Shown in pieces: positions 18,639 to 26,278 of a DNA stretch of 64,000 nucleotides. The translations under genes were made by a program, and so were the position numbers. The notes under the pieces were generated by a model, which saw nothing but the letters and a program-made list of their open reading frames with translations, ran no database searches and had not been told where the DNA came from. Source of the DNA: an uncultured Planctomycetales bacterium. Its GTDB lineage: Bacteria; Planctomycetota; Phycisphaerae; UBA1845; CAIVHJ01. The stretch lies in contig CAZUGO010000014.1 of the NCBI GenBank assembly GCA_964619935.1, positions 51,169 through 115,168 of the forward strand, in the 5' to 3' direction. Position 1 is the first letter of the stretch. Each line of letters opens with the position of its first letter.

Positions 18639-19661
18639 TCATCCGGCCTGCTTGAGTGAGCCGAGCACGGCGTTGCGGACCCAGCGGTTCTGTTCATGGC
18701 TGAACCGCCGTAATCCGACGCGCTGCTGGTTACACGGGCCGTTGCCGCGAATGACCCGGTAGAATTCGTCCCAGTCCGGTTCGGTGTAGCCCCAATGCCG
18801 TCCGGCAGCATCGGGAGCGCACCGCGGATCCTCCAGCAGTTCCGGGTTGGGTCGGGCCGAATCGGCGTGGCTGGGACCTGGCAGGTGCACCCGCAGACCC
18901 AAGGCCTTGGCCGCCGGGGCAAAACGATCCACAAACTGCCGCCGAAGCGTATCATTGCTGGCGGTCTTGATCCGCCAGCGCATGAACATGTTGTTGTGTT
19001 TGGACTGCTGGTCCGGCGGGCCAAAGAACATCAGGCAAGGCCACCACCAGCGATCAAAAGCAGCCTGCATCATGTCGCGCTGCCGCGGCGTCCCGCTCAT
19101 CATGGTCAGGACCATCTCTTCACCGGACTTGAAGTGGAAGGCTTCTTCCATGTTGATGCGATTCATGGTCCGCACGTAGGGCCCGTAGCTGCCGGCGGCC
19201 AGCGCTTTCTGGTTCATAATGGCCGCGCCGTCGACCAGCCACTGAATGGCACAGACGTCGGCCCAGGTGGGCGCCGGGTAATTGAAGACGTTGTGGTACT
19301 TGGTGCGGCCTTCGCATAGATCGCGCAGCATCTGCTCGCGCGGTTTGCCCAAATCCTCGGAAACACGATAGAGCATCTGGCCGTGGCCGACCTCGTCTTG
19401 CACCTTGGCCATCAAAGCCAGCTTGCGGCGCAGCGAGGGTGCCCGCGTGATCCACTCCCCTTCGGGCAGCGCGCCCACAATCTCGGAGTTGGCGTGGTGC
19501 TCGGCCATCCGCAGCATGCCCATGCGGTAGTCTTCCGGCTTCCAGTCCTCAAGTTCAACCAATTGGCCCTGGCAGATTCGAGCTTCGAACTCGGCCAGGC
19601 GGTCGGGGTCCTCAGGATGGTTGAGCACCAGTTTGGGATCGTCCCCGCCGCCGCAACTCAT
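18639..19661 (-). CDS. paaA: 1,2-phenylacetyl-CoA epoxidase catalytic subunit A-like (diiron)
   Basis: 340 aa. AEHHANSEIVGALPEGEWITRAPSLRRKLALMAKVQDEVGHGQMLY closely parallels E. coli PaaA. Confidence 0.88.
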   Translation of the reverse strand: MSCGGGDDPKLVLNHPEDPDRLAEFEARICQGQLVELEDWKPEDYRMGMLRMAEHHANSEIVGALPEGEWITRAPSLRRKLALMAKVQDEVGHGQMLYRVSEDLGKPREQMLRDLCEGRTKYHNVFNYPAPTWADVCAIQWLVDGAAIMNQKALAAGSYGPYVRTMNRINMEEAFHFKSGEEMVLTMMSGTPRQRDMMQAAFDRWWWPCLMFFGPPDQQSKHNNMFMRWRIKTASNDTLRRQFVDRFAPAAKALGLRVHLPGPSHADSARPNPELLEDPRCAPDAAGRHWGYTEPDWDEFYRVIRGNGPCNQQRVGLRRFSHEQNRWVRNAVLGSLKQAG

Positions 19662-19706
19662 TCGTGGATCTCCGACAACGCTTCACCAATTCACGAAGGA
19701 CCACCT

Positions 19707-19712
19707 ATTATA
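19707..19712 (-). promoter_or_regulatory. candidate -10 hexamer TATAAT upstream of paaA
   Basis: Plus strand reads ATTATA, so the minus strand reads TATAAT, about 45 nt upstream of the paaA ATG (19661). It sits in a lower-GC intergenic stretch. Confidence 0.35.
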
Positions 19713-19788
19713 GCCAGGATGAGCACAATCACCAGCTTCGTCAAAACTGGCGAACAATTGCTGCCGCCAATTCCTGCGGCGAAGCAAC

Positions 19789-20571
19789 TCACACTGGCTT
19801 ATCGCCATCCAGCGCCGCGATTTCGGAGGCCGCGACCGCCCGCGACTCAGCTTCCTGAATGGCATCGGCATAACGATCGGAACGCGGCACTCCGACGTCA
19901 AGCTTGATCCGCTTGCGAAGCTCGACTCTAAGTCCGCCGCTGCCAGCAAGTTCCGGAGGGATCACACAAACCACTTTTCTCGGAAATATCTGCAAGTACT
20001 GCTGAACACGGTGGTACGGCTCCGTTCCGTCCATTGCCGCAAGGAACACGCCCTCATCAACCCGCGCGCGATTGAACTTGAGGCGGTGGCCGATGAGTTC
20101 CAGTGCGCCGCCGGCCTGGTAGGCCCCATCCTGCCATTGATTCAATCCACCGATGAAACCTCGAACGGCATCGATCTGAGGATCAGCCGGTCGCGACTGG
20201 ACCTGGTCGCGGCTCAAACGGCCGCCGGCAGTCCGGACCTCTTCACGCAATTTGGGCGGAAACACCCACGAAACGGTCAAACGGACGTCCTCATCCAGAA
20301 TCCGCTCCGGCCGCTGATCGAAGACCCCTTTGAGCCCCAACCGAGAACGGCCCAACGGGCCCAATTCACACTCCCGCCCTTCCGCAGCACAGGCCACCAC
20401 CCAGGTCGCCGCCCGCTCCAACACCGCCAGGGCATCGGCCCGAGTCACGGTCGACGACCGCTCGGCAAACGCCAGAAAGGCGTCGAACCCAAGCGCCCCA
20501 GCAGTATGCAGCACCAGCCGATACCGCCCTCCGGCAATCACCGAAGGCACCGAACTCACCTTCACACTCAT
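19789..20571 (-). CDS. HU-like DNA-binding domain plus DUF4469 (Ig-like) protein
   Basis: ORF 19789..20703, start trimmed to MSVKVSS, preceded by GGAGGA. The N-terminal part resembles bacterial HU-CCDC81-type domains. C-terminal GGALELIGHRLKFNRARVDEGVFLAAMDGTE...VVCVIPPELAGSGGLRVELR fits the DUF4469 pattern. Assigned from memory of the family, not by search. Confidence 0.5.
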   Translation of the reverse strand: MSVKVSSVPSVIAGGRYRLVLHTAGALGFDAFLAFAERSSTVTRADALAVLERAATWVVACAAEGRECELGPLGRSRLGLKGVFDQRPERILDEDVRLTVSWVFPPKLREEVRTAGGRLSRDQVQSRPADPQIDAVRGFIGGLNQWQDGAYQAGGALELIGHRLKFNRARVDEGVFLAAMDGTEPYHRVQQYLQIFPRKVVCVIPPELAGSGGLRVELRKRIKLDVGVPRSDRYADAIQEAESRAVAASEIAALDGDKPV

Positions 20572-20806
20572 TCCGCAATCCTCCACAAGCCATTGGAGAC
20601 AAGACCACCAGAACCGCGAAGCCTTATACCTTATATATACCAAACTATCAAACATTGTGTTTGGCTTATGATTGGTTTCGATGTCCGATCTCCAAGAAAG
20701 CATATCACGTATTACTCCTTTAATTAGAACGAGTTACATCGCTACTTGCGCCTTCCTGGCCAGAAGGCCAGTCCCTGATTAAACACGCCGCTGAGATTCT
20801 TGCACC

Positions 20807-21070
20807 GTCGACCGGGTCGTTTCTCCAAGTCGACCGGGTCGTTCTGCCAAGTCGACCAGGTCGTTCTGCCAAGTCGACCAGGTCGTTCTGCCAAGTCGAC
20901 CAGGTCGTTCTGCCAAGTCGACCAGGTCGTTCTGCCAAGTCGACCAGGTCGTTCTGCCAGGTCGACCAGGTCGTTCTGCCAAGTCGACCAGGTCGTTTCG
21001 CCAGGTCGACCGGGTCGTTTTGCCAGGTCGACCGGGTCGTGTTGCCGGATCGACTGGGTCGGGTTAACAA
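20807..21070. repeat. 12 x 22-bp perfect-phase tandem repeat (consensus GTCGACCAGGTCGTTCTGCCAA)
   Basis: Units start at 20807 + 22n. Units 3-6 and 8 are identical and the edge units are degenerate. Each unit contains the palindrome CGACC-N-GGTCG. A 22-nt period is not a multiple of 3, so a coding repeat is unlikely. Confidence 0.95.
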
Positions 21071-21134
21071 ATGACCGGACGGCTGTGGGGTGGCCCCCCT
21101 CCCCCTACGCGATATGGCTCTGGCGGCGTTGCCC

Positions 21135-21380
21135 TTACGGTCGGCAGCAGGCAATGGCTCCCAACCGAGTCAGATCTACAGGTAGAATCGGCGGGTCGCG
21201 ACCGGCAAGGGCCAGGAGGCGGCCGTCTGGTGAAAAAGCAATGGGCCCCGCAACGGATGTGTACCCAAGCCGGGCAACCCTTGCTGCCGGCTGCCGGGTG
21301 CCGGACCGCCAGATGATGTGTTCGGCCTCACGGGTGGCCAAGTCCTTGCCATCCGGGCTGAAACCGAAGTTCGCGCCTTT
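21135..21380 (-). pseudogene. WD40/beta-propeller repeat gene fragment
   Basis: Minus-frame translation gives ...ANFGFSPDGKDLATREAEHIIWRSG...VAGPIAFSPDGRLLALAGRDPPI. These are two FSPDG-type WD40-like blades with no plausible start and no N-terminal part. Confidence 0.45.
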
Positions 21381-21508
21381 TCTGCGGCGGACTGCGCTTC
21401 CAGCGCTTCCTCGCGGGCATCTTTTTTGCCGCCTTTCTTGGTCTCCAGGTTTGCCTTCTTCTTGGCGGCCTCCTTGTACTTCTCCCAGGCCTCCTTGACG
21501 GCCTGGTC

Positions 21509-22146
21509 ACAGGCCTCGCCGGGTCGCATGGCGGTCAGCATCTGCAACCGACACATCGCCGCAACGGGCGGCCGCATGAACGGCAGGGCGGCCGCGACGT
21601 CGTTTTCCGATGCGGGCTGTACGGGAGCGCGTTCAACGGCCAGGCTGCGACCCTTCCGCAGCGGTTCCAGCAGCTTCAACTCCGCAACGACGATGGCGGG
21701 TACAAGATTCTGCTGGGCGCCCCACTTGAACATCAAGATGAGCTAGTGCGGCAGACGCCGTCCGTGATCATCGTTTCCCGGACCGCCCGCAACTCGGCAC
21801 GGCCGAAGTCTGCAACCGGCATGGATCCATACAACGAGACCAACGGCCGCAGTGCAGAGCGGATCCAACTCAGCTCGCCGGTCGGCCGCCCGTCTTTGCG
21901 ATAGTAGACCGTGGCGTGATCCCAGTAGGCCGAGCACAGTTCCGTAATGATGTAGTCCGATGCGTGACGGCGGCGACGTGGGGCTCCGGTGGCGTGTTCG
22001 GCCAGGGCCCTGCGGTAAAGCTCCACACTCTCCGTGGTGCCGTATCTACCCAGGTAGATCCGCCGGCCTTCGATCTCGACGAACGCCCGGGCGGGTTTGC
22101 CCGCTGGCTGCTTGTGGCAACGGTATTTGGGAACTTTCTGAAACAT
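21509..22146 (-). pseudogene. tyrosine recombinase (phage-type integrase), frameshifted and C-terminally truncated
   Basis: 21733..22146 encodes an integrase N-terminal arm/SAM-like region (PKYRCHKQPAGKPARAFVEIEGRRIYLG...ITELCSAYWDHATVYYRKDGRPTGE). After a frameshift near 21736 the homology continues (FKWGAQQNLVP...LQMLTAMRPGEAC) and then stops. The rest of the catalytic domain is absent. It lies next to the 3' end of tRNA-Ala. Confidence 0.7.
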
Positions 22147-22269
22147 GGGTGGGCTCCTTTCTCTTGCCGGAAATCGTGTCCGATTGACACGTTTCTGGCT
22201 GTGAGTTTAAGGGCCGCACCACTTTCGGTGGGTATCGCAACTAGCGATTCGGCACTGACTTACGATTCA

Positions 22270-22342
22270 TGGAGCCAGAGGGACTCGAACCCTCGACCTC
22301 TTGCATGCCATGCAAGCGCGCTCCCAACTGCGCCATGGCCCC
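22270..22342 (-). tRNA. tRNA-Ala (anticodon GGC)
   Basis: Manual cloverleaf fold of GGGGCCA-TG-GCGC-AGTTGGGA-GCGC-G-CTTGC-ATGGCAT-GCAAG-AGGTC-GAGGG-TTCGAGT-CCCTC-TGGCTCC-A. U33 is present and the anticodon is GGC. The G3:U70 alanine identity pair is present. CCA is not encoded. Confidence 0.93.
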
Positions 22343-22523
22343 GTGGGATGCGGCGTCCGGGTAGCGCCGCAAGCGGTATTAAATGGGATGTCGGGTCCCA
22401 AGTCAACAACCGCCGGGAATGGCTGCGGCATTCGCCCTGCGAAGGAGCGGCCAAGGTCCGATCCGGCGACGAGAAGCCTGTCGGGCGGAGCCGAGCGGGG
22501 CTTCAGGACACACGGCGGTCAGT

Positions 22524-25500
22524 CTAGTTATAGTGAGCCGCGCCGTACAGTTCCAGGCTGTCGCGGCCGAGCAGGCCGGTGACTGCGTCGCAAAACGGTT
22601 GGGAGGCGCTGACCGACAAGCCGCGATCGCAGCGGACCGCGGCCAGCAGGTTGTCGGAGGTGGTGATCCGCAGGACCACCGGCTTATCGCCGCTGTACGC
22701 CTTGATGACCGAGTGCAGCCGCTGCATGATGTCGGGCTGATGGCAGCCGCTGGTCAGGCTGATGACCACCTGGGCGGTCAGCTTCTCAGCGGCCTGGTCC
22801 AATGGAATCACCTCCACCACCCGCAGCGCCGGGTCTTCGCGGCGGCGGTCGACCGTACCCTTGATGAATACGGCATTGTCCAGCACCAGATCGGGCCGAA
22901 AACGATCCAGGTCGGACGGAAACACGATGGCCTCGACCGAGCCGCGGATGTCCTCCAAAGTGACGATGCTCATTCGCGAACCGGCTTTGCGGCCGCGCTT
23001 GGTGAGCACGGTGCGAACCTTGGTGATGATCCCACCCATGATGATCTCAGTGTCGGCCGGCAGTTGCCCGATGCGGTCACTGGTCGCCGTGCCGAAGCGC
23101 TGGATCAGGTCGGCGTACTGAGCCAGCGGGTGGTTGGTGATGTAGAAACCCAGGGTGTCCTTCTCGAACTTCAGCAGCTCGGCCTCGGTCCACTGCTCGT
23201 CGTCCGGAATGGTCGGATAGGTGACCTCGGGGATGTCGTCGTCGGCCCCGAGCATCTCCAGCAGCGACATCTGGCCGGACAGGCGGTCACGCTGGGAGCG
23301 CTGGCCGCCCTCGAAAGCCTGGTCGAGAACCACCATCATCGCCTTGCGCATGGCCCCGGTGCAATCAAACGCGCCGCACTTGATCAAGGCTTCGATGGCC
23401 GACCGATTGACCGTGGCGAGATCCACCCGCTCGCAGAACTCAAAGATGCTGGTGAACGGTCCCTGTTCGTCGCGGGCGGCAATGGTGGCCTGGACGGCCT
23501 TCTCGCCGACGCCCTTGATGGCGCCCAGCCCGAAACGGACTTGGCCCCGGGCCGGCGGGGTCGGGGGCGCCAGCGGATTGTACACCGGCGTGAAGTCGTA
23601 GTTGGACACGTTGACGTCGGGCGGCCTCACCGAGATGCCCATGGCCCGGCAGGCCTCGATGTACTCCACGACCTTGTCGGTGCTGCTCATCTCGAAGGTC
23701 AGCAGGGCGGCCATGAACTCCACGGGGTAGTAGGTCTTCAGGTACGCGGTCTGAAAAGCAATCAAGGCGTAGCCGGCGGAGTGGGCCTTGTTGAAGGCGT
23801 AGCCGCCAAAGCGCAGAATGTCCTCGAAAATCTGCTCCGCCGTGGGCCGAGGCACGCCGTTGGCAGCACAGCCGTCCAGGAACGGGCCGCGCATGGCCTC
23901 GATCATCGAGGTCTTCTTCTTGCTGATGGCCTTGGCCAGGCGAAACGCCTTTTTCAACTCAATGTTGCCCAGGCGGTGAACCAGGCGCGAGACCTGTTCC
24001 TGGTAGACCATGATGCCGAAAGTCTCGCGCAAGATCTCGGTCATCAAGGGGTGCGGCGTGTCCCAGGCCTCGCCGTGCTTGCGGGCCACGTAGGCTTCGA
24101 TGTTGACCATCGGGCCGGGTCGAAACAGGGCGTTGGCTGCAATCAGATCCTCGATGCGGTTCGGTCGCATCTTGCGAACCACGTCGCGCATGCCGTCGGA
24201 CTCAAACTGAAAAATGCCCTTGGTGTTGCCTTCGGCGAACAAGGCATAGACCTGCTGGTCGTTCAGGTCCAGGTGCTCCAGGTCGATGGGCGGATGGCCG
24301 GCCTGCTCGGCGAGTCGGCGGGCCCGTTCGAGGGTGGTCAGCGTGCGCAGGCCCAGGAAGTCCATTTTCAGGAGCCCGACCTTCTCCACGGTCGGCCCAT
24401 CATATTGCGTGACGATCTGCTGGTGGGCGCCGCTGCCGTTGCCGCCGGGTGGTTTGTACAACGGCAGAAAGTGGTTCAGCGGTTGATCGGCGATGACCAC
24501 CCCGGCGGCGTGCACCCCGGCATGACGGGCCAGGCCCTCGATCCGCTTGGCGATCTCGATGACCTTGGCGACCTGCGGATCCTCCCGGCAGAGCCGCTGG
24601 AGTTCGGGTTCGATGGACAAGGCCTTGGCGAGGGTCATGTGCAACTCGGCCGGAATCAAGCGCGACAGCCGGGTGGCCCGCTCGAAGTCGATGCCCAGCA
24701 CCCGGCAGACGTCTTTGACCGCCGCCCGGGCCTTCAGCGTTCCGAAGGTGATGATTTGGGCGACGTGGCCGTACCTGCTGCGGACGTAGTCGATGACCTT
24801 TTGGCGGCCGTCCTGGCAGATGTCGATGTCGATGTCCGGCATTTCATCGCGATCCGGATCCATGAACCGTTCGAAGTACAATCCGTAACGCAACGGCTCC
24901 GGGGTCGAGATGTCCAGGCAGTAGCCGACCACGGAACTGCATCCCGAGCCGCGGGCGCAGCACGGGATGCCCAAGCCACGGGCGTGGTTCATGAGGTCCC
25001 AGCAAATCAGGAAGTAGCTGCTGAAGCCCTTGCTGGAGATGACCTCCAGTTCGTACTCGATCCGCTCGCGAAGTTCGTCGGTGATCGCCTCATACTTGCG
25101 GGCAGCGCCCTGGTAGACCCGGTCGCGCAGATACGCGGCGTCGGAGCGGGCGTCGGGAACCGTGTACACCGGGGCGTGTCGCGTGGAGAAGTCCAGCTCC
25201 AGGTCACACATCTCCACGATGCGCAGCGTGTTGGCGAGCACCTCGGGGTGCTCGGGAAATAGGGTCGCCATCTCCTCGGCGGACTTCAGATAGAACTGGT
25301 CGCTCGGGAACTTGAACCGCTTGTCGTCCGAGACCAGGCTGCCGGTGGAGATGCAGCACAGCACGTCGTGGGCCTCGACGTCGGTGTCGTCCAGATAGTG
25401 GACGTCGTTGGTGACAATGGTGCCGACCCCCAGCCGCTGGGCCATGTCGAACAACGCCGGGTTAATCTGTCGCTGTTCTTCAATGCCGTGGTCCTGGACC

Positions 25501-26033
25501 TCGATGAAAAAATGGTCCGATCCGAAGATTTTGAGGTACGCTTCGGCGGCGGTCTCGGCGAGTTGGCGATCGCGGTGGAGCAGGATCTGCGGGAGTTCGG
25601 CGCCGAGGCAGGTCGACGTACAGATCAAGCCGTCACTGAACTCCGCGAGGGTGTCTTTGTCGATGCGGGGCTTGTAGTAGAAGCCCTCCAGATACCCGAT
25701 GGAGGCCAGCTTCAAGAGGTTGCGGTAACCGGTGAGATTGCGGGCCAGCAGCAGCAGGTGGTAGCTATAATCCCCTCCGATACACCTGGCATCGCGGTCT
25801 TGGCGGCGCCCCGGGGCCAGGTAGGCTTCCATGCCGATAATCGGCTTGACCCCTGCGGCCGTGGCTGACGAAAAGAACTCTATGGCCCCGAATAGATTGC
25901 CGTGATCGGTGACGGCCACGGCCGGCATGCCCAGGTTCTTGACCTTGTGCACCAGTTGCTTGATCTCGGTGGCACCGTCGAGCAGGCTGTAATGGGTATG
26001 CACGTGGAGGTGTGCGAAACCAGGCGCGGTCAT
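22524..26033 (-). CDS. dnaE: DNA polymerase III alpha subunit
   Basis: ORF 22524..26063, start trimmed to MTAPGFAHLHVHTHYSLLDG (PHP domain). About 1170 aa with homology apparent across its full length. Confidence 0.95.
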   Translation of the reverse strand: MTAPGFAHLHVHTHYSLLDGATEIKQLVHKVKNLGMPAVAVTDHGNLFGAIEFFSSATAAGVKPIIGMEAYLAPGRRQDRDARCIGGDYSYHLLLLARNLTGYRNLLKLASIGYLEGFYYKPRIDKDTLAEFSDGLICTSTCLGAELPQILLHRDRQLAETAAEAYLKIFGSDHFFIEVQDHGIEEQRQINPALFDMAQRLGVGTIVTNDVHYLDDTDVEAHDVLCCISTGSLVSDDKRFKFPSDQFYLKSAEEMATLFPEHPEVLANTLRIVEMCDLELDFSTRHAPVYTVPDARSDAAYLRDRVYQGAARKYEAITDELRERIEYELEVISSKGFSSYFLICWDLMNHARGLGIPCCARGSGCSSVVGYCLDISTPEPLRYGLYFERFMDPDRDEMPDIDIDICQDGRQKVIDYVRSRYGHVAQIITFGTLKARAAVKDVCRVLGIDFERATRLSRLIPAELHMTLAKALSIEPELQRLCREDPQVAKVIEIAKRIEGLARHAGVHAAGVVIADQPLNHFLPLYKPPGGNGSGAHQQIVTQYDGPTVEKVGLLKMDFLGLRTLTTLERARRLAEQAGHPPIDLEHLDLNDQQVYALFAEGNTKGIFQFESDGMRDVVRKMRPNRIEDLIAANALFRPGPMVNIEAYVARKHGEAWDTPHPLMTEILRETFGIMVYQEQVSRLVHRLGNIELKKAFRLAKAISKKKTSMIEAMRGPFLDGCAANGVPRPTAEQIFEDILRFGGYAFNKAHSAGYALIAFQTAYLKTYYPVEFMAALLTFEMSSTDKVVEYIEACRAMGISVRPPDVNVSNYDFTPVYNPLAPPTPPARGQVRFGLGAIKGVGEKAVQATIAARDEQGPFTSIFEFCERVDLATVNRSAIEALIKCGAFDCTGAMRKAMMVVLDQAFEGGQRSQRDRLSGQMSLLEMLGADDDIPEVTYPTIPDDEQWTEAELLKFEKDTLGFYITNHPLAQYADLIQRFGTATSDRIGQLPADTEIIMGGIITKVRTVLTKRGRKAGSRMSIVTLEDIRGSVEAIVFPSDLDRFRPDLVLDNAVFIKGTVDRRREDPALRVVEVIPLDQAAEKLTAQVVISLTSGCHQPDIMQRLHSVIKAYSGDKPVVLRITTSDNLLAAVRCDRGLSVSASQPFCDAVTGLLGRDSLELYGAAHYN

Positions 26034-26278
26034 GGTCCGAGAGTCCTCACCAGGGGCGGGCATGGGTTCCCAGTGGCGATCGTAAGATCATTCCCCCCCG
26101 GATTCAACGTCCAGTGCGCTGCGACCGGCGCCGGCGATTGTGAGTTATCCGGTCTTCACAGCGACCGCGGGGCAGAAGCGGTCGTGCTTTGCCAGGGCGT
26201 ACGTTACAATACCGCAGGGGTTTGGACGGGGGCCGGCCGGCCGATACAATTGCACCCTTGGCAAAGAGGTCCGTGCGC

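Noticed and set aside
19662-20806. Search for an attR copy of the tRNA-Ala 3' end to delimit the island
   Set aside because: I saw no convincing direct repeat of TGGAGCCAGAGGGACTCGAACCC (or part of it) by eye. The boundary is left unresolved rather than guessed.
20807-21070. CRISPR array interpretation of the 22-bp repeats (and of 56212..56362)
   Set aside because: The units are directly abutting with no unique spacers. The repeat length is below typical CRISPR repeats, and there are no cas genes in the window.
20720-21498. ORFs 20720..21154 (-) and 20800..21498 (+) with 22-aa periodic protein repeats
   Set aside because: The periodicity comes from a 22-nt DNA repeat that cycles through all three frames every 66 nt. 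It is equally open on both strands, so it is a DNA-level repeat and not a repeat protein.
22383-25262. 959-aa plus-strand ORF
   Set aside because: It is entirely antisense to dnaE, which is unmistakably the real gene. The product is R/G/A/D/L-rich and low-complexity, with no motifs. This is a typical high-GC shadow ORF.
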